Of a stretch of 64,000 nt of DNA, positions 1 to 15,000 are shown piece after piece; the stretch's first letter is position 1, and every line of letters starts with the position of its first letter. Under the pieces are notes generated by a model. It ran no database searches and was not told the DNA's origin. It saw only the letters and a program-made list of their open reading frames with translations. The stretch is from Eledone cirrhosa (lineage: Eukaryota): assembly GCA_964016885.1 (NCBI GenBank), contig OZ024744.1, positions 51,770,001 through 51,834,000 on the forward strand, given 5' to 3'. Made by a program: the position numbers and the translations under genes.

Positions 1-3000
1 CATCGGTGGAGTTATGGTACGGCTGTGAGACAGGAATGAGAGAAAGATGTCATTGGTGGAGTTATGGTACGGCTGTGAGACAGGAATGAGAGGAAGATGT
101 CTTTGGTGGAGTTATGGTACGGCTGTGAGAGAAATAAGAGAAAGATGTCGTTGGTGGATTTATGGTACGGCTGTGAGACACGAATGAGAGGAAGATGTCG
201 TTGATGGAGCTATGGTACGTCTGTGAGACACGAATGAGAGAAAGATGTCGTTGGTGGAGTTATGGTACGGCTGTGAGACTGGAATGAGAGGAAGACGTCG
301 TTGGTGTAGTTATGGTACGGTTGTCAGACAGGAATGAGAGGAAGAGGTCGTTGGTGGAGTTATGGTACGGCTGTGAGACAGGAATGAGAGAAAGACGTCG
401 TTGGTGGAGTTATGGTACGGTTGTGAGACAGAAATGAGAGGAAGATGTCGTTGGTGGAGTTATGGTACGGCTGTGAGACAGGAATAAGAGAAAGATGTCG
501 TTGGTCGAGTTATATACTGCTGTGAGACAGGAATGAGAGAACGATGTGGTTGGTAGAGTTATGGTACGGTTGTGAGAGAGGAATGAGAGGAAGATGTCGT
601 TGGTGGAGTTATGGTACGGCTGTAAGACAGGAATGAGAGAAAGACCTCGTTGGTGGAGTTATGCTACGGCTGTGAGAGAGGAATGAGAGGAAGAGGTCGT
701 TGGTGGAGTTTTGGTACGGTTGTGAGAGAGGAATGAGAGGAAGATGTCATTGGTGGAGTTATGGTACGGTTGTGAGACAGGAATGAGAGGAAGATCTCGT
801 TGGTGGAGTTATGGGACTGTTGTGAGACCGGAATGAGAGAAAGACGTCGTTGGTTGACTTATGGTATGGTTGTGAGACAGGAATGATAGGACGATGTCGT
901 TGGTGGAGTTATGGTACGGTTGTGAGACAGGAATGAGAGGAAGACGTCGTTGGTGGAGTTTTGGTACGGTTGTGAGACAGGAATGAGAGAAAGACGTCTT
1001 TGGTGGAGTTATGGTACGGCTGTGAGACAGGAATGAGAGAAAGACCTCGTTGGTGGAATTATGGAACGGCTGTGAGACAGGAATGAGAGAAAGACGTCTT
1101 TGGTGGAGTTATGGTACGGCTGTGAGACAGGAATGAGAGGAAGATGTCGTTGGTGGAGTTATGGTACGGCTGTGAGACAGGAATGAGAGGAAGATGTCGT
1201 TGGTGGAGTTATGGTACGGCTGTGAGACAGGAATCAGTGGAAGATGTCTTTGGTGGAGTTATGGTACGGCTGTGAGACAGGAATGAGAGAAAGACGCCTT
1301 TGGTGGAGTTATGGTACGGCTGTGAGACAGGAATGAGAGAAAGACGTCTTTGGTGGAGTTATGGTACGGCTGTGAGAGAAATGAGAGAAAGATGTCGTTG
1401 GTGGAGTTATGGTACGGCTGTGAGACAGGAATGAGAGGAAGATGTCGTTGGTGGAGTTATGGTACGGCTGTGAGACAGGAATGAGAGGAAGATGTCGTTG
1501 GTGGAGTTATGGTACGGCTGTGAGACAGGAATGAGAGGAAGTCGTCGTTGGTGGAGTTATTGTACGGCGGTGAGAGAGGAATGAGAGGAAGACGTCGTTG
1601 GTGGAGTTATGATATGGTTGTGAGACAGGAATGAGAGAAAGACGTCGTTGGTGGAGTTATGGTACGGTTGTGAGATAGGAATGAGAGGAAGACGTCGTTG
1701 GTGGAGTTATGATACGGCTGTGAGATAGGAATAAGAGAAATAGGTCTTTGGTGGGGTTATGGTACGGCTGTGAGATAGGAATGAGAGGAAGACGTCGTTG
1801 GTGGAGTTATGGTACGGCTGTGAGACAGGAATGAGAGAAAGATGTCGTTGGAGGAGTTAATGGTATGGCTGTGAGACAGGAATGAGAGAAAGATGTCGTT
1901 GGTGGAGTTATGGTACGGTTGTGAGACAGGAATGAGAGGAAGACGTCGTTGGTGGAGTTATGGTACGGCTGTGAGACAGGAATGAGAGGAAGATGTCTTT
2001 GGTAGAGTTATGGTACGGCTGTGAGAGAAATAAGAGAAAGATGTCGTTGGTGGAGTTATGGTACGGCTGTGAGACAAGAATGAGAGGAAGATGTCGTTGG
2101 TGGAGTTATGGTACGGCTGTGAGATAGGAATAAGAGAAAAAGGTCTTTGGTGGTGTTATGGTACGGCTGTGAGACAGGAATGAGAGGAAGACGTCGTTGG
2201 TGGAGTTATGGTACGGCTGTGAGACAGGAATGAGAGAAACATGTCGTTGGTGGAGTTAATGGTATGGCTGTGAGACAGGAATGAGAAAAAGATGTCGTTG
2301 GTGGAGTTATGGTACGGTTGTGAGACAGGAATGAGAGGAAGACGTCGTTGGTGGAGTTATGGTACGGCTGTGAGACAGGAATGAGAGGAACATGTCTTTG
2401 GTGGAGTTATGGTACGGCTGTGAGAGAAATAAGAGAAAGATGTCGTTGGTGGAGTTATGGTACGGCTGTGAGACACGAATGAGAGGAAGATGTCGTTGGT
2501 GGAGTTATGGTACGGCTGTGAGACAGAAATGGGAGGAAGACGTCGTTGGTGGAGTTATGGTACGGCTGTGAGACAGGAATGAGAGAAAGACGTCGTTGGT
2601 GGAGTTATGGTACGGCTGTGAGACAGGAATGAGAGGAAGACGTCGTTGGTGGAGTTATGGTACAGCAGTGAGACAGGAATGACAGAAAGATGTCGTTGGT
2701 GGAGTTATGGTACAGCAGTGAGACAGGAATGAGAGGAAGACGTCGTTGGTGGAGTTATGGTACGGCTGTGAGACAGGAATGAGAGGAAGACGTCGTTGGT
2801 GGAGTTATGGTACGGCTGTGAGACAGGAATGAGAGGAAGACGTCGTTGGTGGAGTTATGGTACGGCTGTGAGAGGGGAATGAGAGAAAGATGTCGTTGGT
2901 AGAGTTATGGTACGGTTGTGAGACAGGAATGAGAGGAAGACGTCGTTGGTGGAGTTATGGTACGGTTGTGAGACAGGAATGAGAGGAAGACGTCGTTGGT

Positions 3001-6000
3001 GGAGTTATGGTACGGCTGTGAGAGAAATAAGAGAAAGATGTCGTTGGTGGAGTTATGGTACGGTTGTGGGACAGGAATGACAGGAAGGTGTCGTTGGTGG
3101 AGCTATGGTACGGCTGTGAGACAGAAATGAGAGGAAGACGTCGTTGGTGGAGTTATGGTACGGCTGTGAGACAGGAATGAGAGAAAGAGGTCGTTGGTGG
3201 AGTTATGGTACGGTTGTGAGACAGAAATGAGAGGAAGACGTCGTTGGTGGAGTTATGGTACGACTGTGAGACAGGAATGAGAGAAAGAGGTCGTTGGTGG
3301 AGTTATGGTACGGTTATGAGACAGGAATGAGAGAAAGACGTCGTTGGTGGAGTTATGGTACGTCTGAGAGACAGGAATGAGAGAAAGATGTCGTTGGTGG
3401 AGTTATGGTACGGCTGTGAGACAGGAATGAGAGGAAGACGTCGTTGGTGTAGTTATGGTACGGCTGTGAGACAGGAATGAGAGGAAGATGTCGTTGGTGG
3501 AGTTATGGTACGGCTGTGAGACAGGAATAAGAGAAAGATGTCGTTGGTCGAGTTATATACGGCAGTGAGACAGGAATGAGAGGAAGATGTCGTTGGTGGA
3601 GTTATGCTACGGCTGTGATAGAGGAATGAGAGGAAGAGGTCGTTGGTGGAGTTTTGGTACGGTTGTGAGAGAGGAATGACAGAAAGACATCGTTGGTGGA
3701 GTTATGGTAATGCTGTGAGACAGGAATGAGAGGAAGATGTCATTGGTGGAGTTATGGTACGGCTGTGAGACAGGAATGAGAGGAAGAGGTCGTTGGTGGA
3801 GTTATGGTACAGCTGTGAGACAGGAATGAGAGGAAGACGTCGTTGGTGGAGTTATGGTACGGCTGTGAGACAGGAATGAGAGAAAGACATCGTTGGTGGA
3901 GTTATGGTACGGCTGTGAGACAGGAATGAGAGGAAGACGTCGTTGGTGGAGTTATGATACGGCTGTGAGAGGGGAATGAGAGAAAGATGTCGTTGGTAGA
4001 GTTATGGTACGGTTGTGAGGCAGGAATGAGAGGAAGACGTCGTTGGTGGAGTTATGGTACGGTTGTGAGACAGGAATGAGAGGAAGACGTCGTTGGTGGA
4101 GTTATGGTACGGCTGTGAGACGGGAATGAGAGGAAGACGTCGTTGGTGGAGTTATGGTACAGCTGTGAGCCAGGAATGAGAGAAAGATGTCGTTGGTGGA
4201 GTTATGGTACGGCTGTGAGAGGGGAATGAGAGAAAGATGTCGTTGGTAGAGTTATGGTACGGTTGTGAGACAGGAATGAGAGGAAGACGTCGTTGGTGGA
4301 GTTACGGTACGGTTGTGAGACAGGAATGAGAGGAAGACGTCGTTGGTGGAGTTATGGTACGGCTCTGAGAGAAATAAGAGAAAGATGTCGTTGGTGGAGT
4401 AATGGTATCGCTGTGGGACAGGAATGACAGGAAGGTGTCGTTGGTGGAGCTATGGTACGGCTGTGAGACAGGAATGAGAGAAAGAGGTCGTTGGTGGAGT
4501 TATGGTACGGTATGAGACAGGAATGAGAGAAAGACGTCGTTGGTGGAGCTATGGTACGTCTGTGAGAAAGGAATGAGAGAAAGATGTCGATGGTGGAGTT
4601 ATGGTATGGTTGTGAGAAACGAATGAGAGGAAGAGGTCGTTGGTGGAGTTATGGTACGGCTGTGAGAGAGGAATGAGAGAAAGATGTCGTTGGTGGAGTT
4701 ATCGTACGGCTGTGAGAGAGGAATGAGAGGAAGACGTCGTTGGTGGAGTTATAGTAAGATTGTGAGAGAGGAATGAGAGGAAGAGGTCTTTGGTGGGGTT
4801 ATGGTACGGTTGTGAGACAAGAATGAGAGGAAGAGGTCGTTGGTGGAGTTATGGTACGGCAGTGAGACAGGAATGAGAGGAAGATGTCGTTGGTGGTGTT
4901 ATGGTACGGCTGTGAGACAGAAATGAGAGGAAGACGTCGTTGGTGGAGTTATGGTACGGCTGTGTGAGAGGAATGAGGGAAAGACGTCGTTGGTGGAGTT
5001 ATGGTACGGCTGCAAGACAGGAATGAGAGAAAGACCTCGTTGGTGGAGTTATGGTACGGTTGTGAGACAGGAATGAGAGGAAGATGTCGTTGGTGGAGTT
5101 ATGGTACAGCTGTGAGACAAGAATGAGAGGAAGATCTCGTTGGTGGAGTTATTGTACAGCTGTGAGACAAGAATGAGAGGAAGATCTCGTTGGTGGAGTT
5201 ATGGTACGGCAGTGAGACAGGAATGAAAGAAAGATGTCGTTGGTGGAGTTATGGTATGGCTGTGAGACAGAAATGAGAGGAAGACGTCGTTGGTGGAGTT
5301 ATGGTACGGCTGTGTGAGAGGAATGAGGGAAAGACGTCGTTGGTGGAGTTATGGTACGGCTGTGAGACAGGAATGAGAGGAAGATGTCGTTGGTGGAGCT
5401 ATGGTACGGCTGTGAGACAGGAATGAGAGAAAGAGGTCGTTTGTGGAATTATGGTACTGTTATGAGACAGGAATGAGAGAAAGACGTCGTTGGTGCAGTT
5501 ATGGTACGTCTGTGAGACAGGAATGAGAGAAAGATGTCGTTGGTGGAGTTATGGTACGGCTGTGAGACAGGAATTAGAGGAAGAGGCCGTTGGTGGAGTT
5601 ATGGTACGGCTGTGAGACAGGAATGAGAGAAAGACGTCTTTGGTGGAGTTATGGTACGGCTGTGAGAGAAATGAGAGAAAGATGTCGTTGGTGGAGTTAT
5701 GGTACGGCTGTGAGAGAGGAATGAGAAGAAGATGTCGTTCGTGGAGTTATATACGGCTGTGAGACAGGAATGAGAGAAAGATGTCGTTGGTGGAGTTATG
5801 GTACGGCTGTGAGACAGGAATAAAAGAAAGATGTCGTTGGTGGAGTTATGGTACGTCTGTTAGACAGGAATGAGAGAAAGATGTCGTTGATGGAGTTATG
5901 GTACGGCTGTGAGACAAGAATGACAGGAAGATCTCGTTGGTGGAGTTATGGTAAGGCGGTGAGAGAGGAATGAGAGGAAGACGTCGTTGGTGGAGTTATG

Positions 6001-9000
6001 GTACGGTTGTGAGACAGGAATGAGAGGAAGACGTTGTGGGTGGTGTTATGGTACGGTTGTGAGACAAGAATGAGAGGAAGAGATCGTTGGTGGAGTTATG
6101 GTACGGCAGTGAGACAGGAATGACGAAAGACGTCGTTGGTGGAGTTATGGTACGGCTGCACGACAGGAATGAGAGAAAGACCTCGTTGGTGGAGTTATGG
6201 TACAGCTGTGTGACAAGAATGAGAGGAAGATCTCGTTGGTGGAGTTATGGTACAGCTTTGAGACAAGGATGAGAGGAAGATCTCGTTGGTGGAGTTATGG
6301 TACGGTTGTGAGACAGGAATGAGAGGAAGATGTCATTGGTGGAGTTATGGTACGGCTGTGAGAGGGGAATGAGAGAAAGATGTCGTTGGTAGAGTTATGG
6401 TACGGTTGTGAGACAGGAATGAGAGGAAGACGTCGTTGGTGGAGTTATGGTACGGTTGTGAGACAAGAATGAGAGGAAGATCTCGTTGGTGGAGTTATGG
6501 TACAGCTTTGAGACAAGAATGAGAGGAAGATCTCGTTGGTGGAGTTATGGTACGGTTGTGAGACAGGAATGAGAGAAAGACGTCGTTGGTGGAGTTATGG
6601 TACGGCAGTGAGACAGGAATGAGAGAAAGATGTCGTTGGTGGAGTTATGGTACGGCTGTGAGACAGAAATGAGAGGAAGACGTCGTTGGTGGAATTATGG
6701 AACGGCTGTGAGACAGGAATGAGAGAAAGATGTCGTTGGTAGAGTTATGGTACGGCTGTGAGACAGGAATGAGAGAAAGATATCGTTGGTAGAGTTATGG
6801 TACGGCAGTGAGACAGGAATGAGAGGAAGATGTCGTTGGTGGAGTTATGCTACGGCTGTGAGAGAGGAATGAGAGGAAGAGGTCGTTGGTGGAGTTTTGG
6901 TACGGTTGTGAGAGAGGAATGAGAGGAAGATGTCATTGGTGGAGTTATGGTACGGCTGTGAGAGGGGAATGAGAGAAAGATGTCGTTGGTAGAGTTATGG
7001 TACGGTTGTGAGACAGGAATGAGAGGAAGACGTCGTTGGTGGAGTTATGGTACGGTTGTGAGACAGGAATGAGAGGAAGACGTCGTTGGTGGAGTTATGG
7101 TACAGCTGTGAGACAGGAATGAGAGAAAGATGTCGTTGGTGGAGTTATGGTACGGCTGTGAGAGGGGAATGAGAGAAAGATGTCGTTGGTAGAGTTATGG
7201 TACGGTTGTGAGACAGGAATGAGAGGAAGACGTCGTTGGTGGAGTTATGGTACGGTTGTGAGGCAGGAATGAGAGGAAGACGTCGTTGGTGGAGTTATGG
7301 TATGGCTGTGAGAGAAATAAGAGAAAGATGTCGTTGGTGGAGTTATGGTACCGCTGTGGGACAGGAATGACAGGAAGGTGTCGTTGGTGGAGCTATGGTA
7401 CGGCTGTGAGACAGGAATGAGAGAAAGATGTCGTTGGTGGAGTTATGGTACGGCTGTGAGAGGGGAATGAGAGAAAGATGTCGTTGGTAGAGTTATGGTA
7501 CGGTTGTGAGACAGGAATGAGAGGAAGACGTCGTTGGTGGAGTTATGGTACGGTTGTGAGACAGGAATGAGAGGAAGACGTCGTTGGTGGAGTTATGGTA
7601 CGGCTGTGAGAGAAATAAGAGAAAGATGTCGTTGGTGGAGCTATGGTATCGCTGTGGGACAGGAATGACAGGAAGGTGTCGTTGGTGGAGCTATGGTACG
7701 GCTGTGAGACAGGAATGAGAGAAAGAGGTCGTTGGTGGAGTTATGGTACGGTATGAGACAGGAATGAGAGAAAGACGTCGTTGGTGGAGCTATGGTACGT
7801 CTGTGAGAAAGGATTGAGAGAAAGATGTCGATGGTGGAGTTATGGTATGGTTGTGAGAAAGGAATGAGAGGAAGAGGTCGTTGGTGGAGTTATGGTACGG
7901 CTGTGAGAGAGGAATGAGAGAAAGATGTCGTTGGTGGAGTTATCGTACGGCTGTGAGAGAGGAATGAGAGGAAGACGTCGTTGGTGGAGTTATGGTAAGA
8001 TTGTGAGACAGGAATGAGAGGAAGAGGTCTTTGGTGGGGTTATGGTACGGTTGTGAGACAAGAATGAGAGGAAGAGGTCGTTGGTGGAGTTATGGTACGG
8101 CAGTGAGACAGGAATGAGAGGAAGATGTCGTTGGTGGTGTTATGGTACGGCTGTGAGACAGAAATGAGAGGAAGACGTCGTTGGTGGAGTTATGGTACGG
8201 CTGTGTGAGAGGAATGAGGGAAAGACGTCGTTGGTGGAGTTATGGTACGGCTGCAAGACAGGAATGAGAGAAAGACCTCGTTGGTGGAGTTATGGTACGG
8301 TTGTGAGACAGGAATGAGAGGAAGATGTCGTTGGTGGAGTTATTGTACAGCTGTGAGACAAGAATGAGAGGAAGATCTCGTTGGTGGAGTTATGGTACGG
8401 CAGTGAGACAGGAATGAAAGAAAGATGTCGTTGGTGGAGTTATGGTACGGCTGTGAGACAGAAATGAGAGGAAGACGTCGTTGGTGGAGTTATGGTACGG
8501 CTGTGTGAGAGGAATGAGGGAAAGACGTCGTTGGTGGAGTCATGGTACGGCTGTGAGACAGGAATGAGAGGAAGATGTCGTTGGTGGAGCTATGGTACGG
8601 CTGTGAGAGAGGAATGAGAGAAAGAGGTCGTTTGTGGAATTATGGTACTGTTATGAGACAGGAATGAGAGAAAGACGTCGTTGGTGGAGTTATGGTACGT
8701 CTGTGAGACAGGAATGAGAGAAAGATGTCGTTGGTGGAGTTATGGTACGGCTGTGAGACAGGAATTAGAGGAAGAGGCCGTTGGTGGCGTTATGGTACGG
8801 CTGTGAGACAGGAATGAGAGAAAGACGTCTTTGGTGGAGTTATGGTACGGCTGTGAGAGAAATGAGAGAAAGATGTCGTTGGTGGAGTTATGGTACGGCT
8901 GTGAGAGAGGAATGAGAAGAAGATGTCGTTCGTGGAGTTATATACGGCTGTGAGACAGGAATGAGAGAAAGATGTCGTTGGTGGAGTTATGGTACGGCTG

Positions 9001-12000
9001 TGAGACAGGAATAAAAGAAAGATGTCGTTGGTGGAGTTATGGTACGTCTGTTAGACAGGAATGAGAGAAAGATGTCGTTGATGGAGTTATGGTACGGCTG
9101 TGAGACAAGAATGACAGGAAGATCTCGTTGGTGGAGTTATGGTAAGGCAGTGAGAGAGGAATGAGAGGAAGACGTCGTTGGTGGAGTTATGGTACGGTTG
9201 TGAGACAGGAATGAGAGGAAGACGTTGTGGGTGGTGTTATGGTACGGTTGTGAGACAAGAATGAGAGGAAGAGATCGTTGGTGGAGTTATGGTACGGCAG
9301 TGAGACAGGAATGACGAAAGACGTCGTTGGTGGAGTTATGGTACGGCTGCAAGACAGGAATGAGAGAAAGACCTCGTTGGTGGAGTTATGGTACAGCTGT
9401 GAGACAAGAATGAGAGAAAGACCTCGTTGGTGGAGTTATGGTACGGCTGTGAGACAGGAATGAGAGGAAGATCTCGTTGGTGGAGTTATGGTACGGTTGT
9501 GAGACAGGAATGAGAGAAAGATGTCGTTGATGGAGTTATGGTACGGCAGTGAGACAGGAATGAGAGAAAGATGTCGTTGGTGGAGTTATGGTACGGCTGT
9601 GAGACAGAAATGAGAGGAAGACGTCGTTGGTGGAATTATGGAACGGCTGTGAGACAGGAATGAGAGAAAGATGTCGTTGGTAGAGTTATGGTACGGCTGT
9701 GAGACAGGAATGAGAGAAAGATATCGTTGGTAGAGTTATGGTACGGCAGTGAGACAGGAATGAGAGGAAGATGTCGTTGGTGGAGTTATGCTACGGCTGT
9801 GAGAGAGGAATGAGAGGAAGAGGTCGTTGGTGGAGTTTTGGTACGGTTGTGAGAGAGGAATGAGAGGAAGATGTCATTGGTGGAGTTATGGTACGGCTGT
9901 GAGAGGGGAATGAGAGAAAGATGTCGTTGGTAGAGTTATGGTACGGTTGTGAGACAGGAATGAGAGGAAGACGTCGTTGGTGGAGTTATGGTACGGTTGT
10001 GAGACAGGAATGAGAGGAAGACGTCGTTGGTGGAGTTATGGTACGGCTGTGAGACGGGAATGAGAGGAAGACGTCGTTGGTGGAGTTATGGTACAGCTGT
10101 GAGACAGGAATGAGAGAAAGATGTCGTTGGTGGAGTTATGGTACGGCTGTGAGAGGGGAATGAGAGAAAGATGTCGTTGGTAGAGTTATGGTACGGTTGT
10201 GAGACAGGAATGAGAGGAAGACGTCGTTGGTGGAGTTATGGTACGGTTGTGAGGCAGGAATGAGAGGAAGACGTCGTTGGTGGAGTTATGGTATGGCTGT
10301 GAGAGAAATAAGAGAAAGATGTCGTTGGTGGAGTTATGGTACCGCTGTGGGACAGGAATGACAGGAAGGTGTCGTTGGTGGAGCTATGGTACGGCTGTGA
10401 GACAGGAATGAGAGAAAGAGGTCGTTGGTGGAGTTATGGTACGGTATGAGACAGGAATGAGAGAAAGACGTCGTTGGTGGAGTTATGGTACGTCTGTGAG
10501 AAAGGAATGAGAGAAAGATGTCGATGGTGGAGTTATGGTATGATTGTGAGAAAGGAATGAGAGGAAGAGGTCGTTGGTGGAGTTATGGTACGGCTGTGAG
10601 AGAGGAATGAGAGAAAGATGTCGTTGGTGGAGTTATGGTATGGCTGTGAGACAGGAATGAGAGAAAGATGTCGTTGGTGGAGTCATGGTATGGCTGTGAG
10701 ACAGGAATGAGAGAAAGATGTCGTTGGTGGAGTTATGGTACGGCTGTGAGACAGGAATGAGAGAAAGATGTCGTTGTTGGAGTTATGGTACGGCTGTGAG
10801 ACAGGAATGAGAGGAAGATGTCTTTGGTGGAGTTATGGTGTGGCCGTGAGAGAAATGAGAGAAAGATGTCGTTGGTGGAGCTATGGTACGGCGGCTGTGA
10901 GACAGGAATGAGAGAAAGATGTCGTTGGTGGAGTTATGGTAAGGCTGTGAGACAGGAATGAGAGAAAGATGTTGTTGGTGGAGTTATGGTACGGCTGTGA
11001 GACAAGAATGAGAGGAAGATCTCGTTGGTGGAGTTATGGTACGGCGGTGAGAGAGGAATGAGAGGAAGACGTCGTTGGTGGAGTTATGGTACGGTTGTGA
11101 GACAGGAAAGAGAGGAAGACGTCATTGGTGGAGTCATGATACTGTTGTGAGACAGGAATGAGAGGAAGACGTCGTTGGTGGAGTTATGGTACGGTTGTGA
11201 GACAGGAATGAGAGTTACACGTCGTTGGTGGAGTTATGGTACGGCTGTGAGAGAGGAATGAGAGGAAGATGTCGTTGGTGGAGTTATGGTACGGCAGTGA
11301 GACAGGAATGACGAAAGACGTCGTTGGTGGAGTTATGGAACGGCTGCAAGATAGGAATGAGAGAAAGACCTCATTGGTGGAGTTATGCTACGGCTGTGAG
11401 AAAGGAATGAGAGGAAGATGTCGTTGGTGGAGTTATGGTACAGCTGTGAGACAAGAATGAGAGGAAGATCTCGTTGCTGGAGTTATGGTACAGCTGTGAG
11501 ACAAGAATGAGAGGAAGATCTCGTTGGTGGAGTTATGGTACGGCAGTGAGACAGGAATGAGAGAAAGATGTCGTTGCTGGAATTATGGTACGGCTGTGAG
11601 ACAGGAATGAGAGGAAGATGTCTTTGGTGGAGTTATGGTACGGCCGTGAGAGCAATGAGAGAAAGATGTCGTTGGTGGAGTTATGGTACGGCTGTGAAAC
11701 AGGAATGAGAGGAAGATGTCGTTGGTGGAGCTATGGTACGGCTGTGAGACAGGAATGAGAGAAAGAGGTCGTTTGTGCAGTTATGGTACTGTTATGAGAC
11801 AGGAATGAGAGAAAGAGGTCGTTTGTGCAGTTATGGTACGGCTGTGAGACAGGAATGAGAGGAAGAGGCCGTTGGTGGTGTTATGGTACGGCTGTGAGAC
11901 AGGAATGAGAGGAAGACGTCTTTGGTGGAGTTATGGTACGGCTGTGAGACAGGAATGAGAGAAAGACGTCTTTTGTGGAGTTATGGTACGGCTGTGAGAG

Positions 12001-15000
12001 AAATGAGAGAAAGATGTCGTTGGTGGAGTAATGGTACGGCTGTGAAAGAGAAATGAGATAAAGATGTCGTTGGTGGAGTTATGGTACGGCTGTGAGACAG
12101 GAATGAGAGGAAGTCATCGTTGGTGGAGTTATGGAACGGCTGTGAGACAGGAATGAGAGAAAGATGTCGTTGGTGGAGTTATGGTACGGCTGTGAGAGAG
12201 GAATGAGAGGAAGATGTCGTTGGTGGAGTTATATGCGGCTGTGAGACAGGAATGAGAGAAAGATGTCGTTGGTTGGGTTATGGTACGTCTGTTAGACAGG
12301 AATGAGAGAAAGATGTCGTTGGTGGAGTTATGGTACGGCTGTGAGACAAGAATGAGAGGAAGATCTCGTTGGTGGAGTTATGGTACGTCTGTTAGACAGG
12401 AATGAGAGAAAGATGTCGTTGGTGGAGTTATGGTACGGCGGTGAGACAGGAAAAAGAGAAAGATGTCGTTGGTGGAGTTATGGTACGTCTGTTAGACAGG
12501 AATGAGAGAAAGATGTCGTTGGTGGAGTAATGGTACGGCTGTGAGACAAGAATGAGAGGAAGATCTCGATGGTGGAGTTATGGTACGGCGGTGAGAGAGG
12601 AATGAGAGGAAGACGTCGTTGGAGGAGTTATGATATGGTTGTGAGACAGGAATGAGAGAAAGACGTCGTTGGTGGAGTTATTGTACGGTTGTGAGACAGG
12701 AATGAGAGAAAGACCTCGTTGGTGGAGTTATGGTGAGACACTGAGAGAGGAATGAGAGGAAGACGTCGTTGTTGGAGATATGGTACGGCTGTGAGAGAGG
12801 AATGAGAGAAAGATGTCGTTGGTGGAGTTAATGGTATGGCTGTGAGACAGGAATGAGAGAAAGATGTCGTTGGTGGAGTTATGGTACGGTTGTGAGACAG
12901 GAATGAGAGGAAGACGTCGTTGGTGGAGTTATGGTACGGCTGTGAGACAGGAATGAGAGAAAGATGTCGTTGGTGGAATTATGGTACGGCTGTGAGACAG
13001 GAATGAGAGGAAGAGGCCGTTGGTGGAGTTATGGTACGGCTGTGAGTGAGGAATGAGATAAAGATGTCGTTGGTGGAGTTAAGGTACGGCTGTGAGTTAG
13101 GAATGATAGAAAGATGTCGTTGGTGGAGCTAAGGTACGGCTGTGAGACAGGAATGAGAAAAAGATGTTGTTGGTGGAGATATGGTACGGCTGTGAGAGAA
13201 ATGAGAGAAAGATGTCGTTACTGGAGTTATGGTAATGCTGTGAGACAGGTATGAGAGAAAGATGTCGTTGGTGGAGTTATGGTACGGTTGTGAGACAGGA
13301 ATGAGAGAAAGATGTTGTTGGTGGAGTTATGGTACGGCTGTGAGTGAGGAATGAGAGGAAGACGTCGTTGGTGGAGCTATGGTACGGCTGTGAGACAGGA
13401 ATGAGAGAAAGATGTCGTTGGTGGAATTATAGTACGGTTGTGAGACAGGAATGAGGGGAAGACGTCATTGGTGGAGTTATGGTACTGTTGTGAGACAGGA
13501 ATTAGAGAAAGATGTCGTTGGTGGAGTTATGGTACTGTTGTGAGACAGGAATGAGAGAAAGATGTCGTTGGTGGAGTTATGGTACGTCTGTGAGACAGGA
13601 ATGAGAGGAAGACGTCGTTGGTGGAGTTATGGTACGGCTGTGAGACAGGAATGAGAGAAAGATGTCGTTGGTGGAGTTATGGTACGGCTGTGAGACAGGA
13701 ATGAGAGAAAGATGTCGTTGGTGGTGTTCTGGTTATGCTGTGAGACAGGTATGAGAGAAAGATGTCGTTGGTGGAGTTAGGGTACGGGTGTGAGACCGGA
13801 ATGAGAGGAAGACGTCGTTGGTGGTGTTTTGGTACGACTGTGAGAGAGGAATGAGAGGAAGACGTCGTTGGTGGAGTTATGGTACGGTTGTGAGAGAGGA
13901 ATTAGAGAAAGACGTCGTTGGTGGAGTTATGGTACGGCTGTGAGACAGGAATGAGAGGAAGATGTCGTTGGTGGTGTTATGGTACGGTTGTGTGACAGGA
14001 ATGAGAGAAAGATGTCGGTGCTGGAGTTATGGTACAGCTGTGAGAGTGGAATGAGAGGAAGAGGTCGTTGGTGGAGTTATGGTACGGCTGTGAGACAGGA
14101 ATGAGAGGAAGATGTCGTTGATGGAGTTATGGTACGGCTGTGAGACAGGAATTAGAGGAACACGTAGTTGGTGGAGTTATGGTACGGTCGTGAGACAGGA
14201 ATGAGAGAAAGATGTCGTAGGTGGAGTTATGGTACGGCTGTGAGATAGGAATGAGAGAAAGATGTCGTTGGTGGAGTTATGGTACGGCTGTGAGAGAGGA
14301 ATGAGAAGAAGATGTCGTTCGTGGAGTTATATACGGCTGTGAGACAGGAATGAGAGAAAGATGTCGTTGGTGGAGTTATGGTACGGCTGTGAGACAGGAA
14401 TAAGAGAAAGATGTCGTTGGTGGAGTTATGGTACGTCTGTTAGACAGGAATGAGAGAAAGATGTCGTTGGTGGAGTTATGGTACGGCTGTGAGACAAGAA
14501 TGAGAGGAAGATCTCGTTGGTGGAGTTATGGTACGGCGGTGAGAGAGGAATGAGAGGAAGACGTCGTTGGTGGAGTTATGGTACGGCTGTGAGATAGGAA
14601 TGAGAGAAAGATGTCGTTGGTGGAGTTATGGTACGGCTGTGAGAGAGGAAAGAGAAGAAGATGTCGTTCGTGGAGTTATATACGGCTGTGAGACAGGAAT
14701 GAGAGAAAGATGTCGTTGGTGGAGTTATGGTACGGCTGTGAGACAGGAATAAGAGAAAGATGTCGTTGGTGGAGTTATGGTACGTCTGTTAGACAGGAAT
14801 GAGAGAAAGATGTCGTTGGTGGAGTTATGGTACGGCTGTGAGACAAGAATGAGAGGAAGATCTCGTTGGTGGAGTTATGGTACGGCGGTGAGAGAGGAAT
14901 GAGAGGAAGACGTCGTTGGTGGAGTTATGGTACGGTTGTGAGACAGGAATGAGAGGAAGACGTCGTGGGTGGTGTTATGGTACGGTTGTGAGACAAGAAT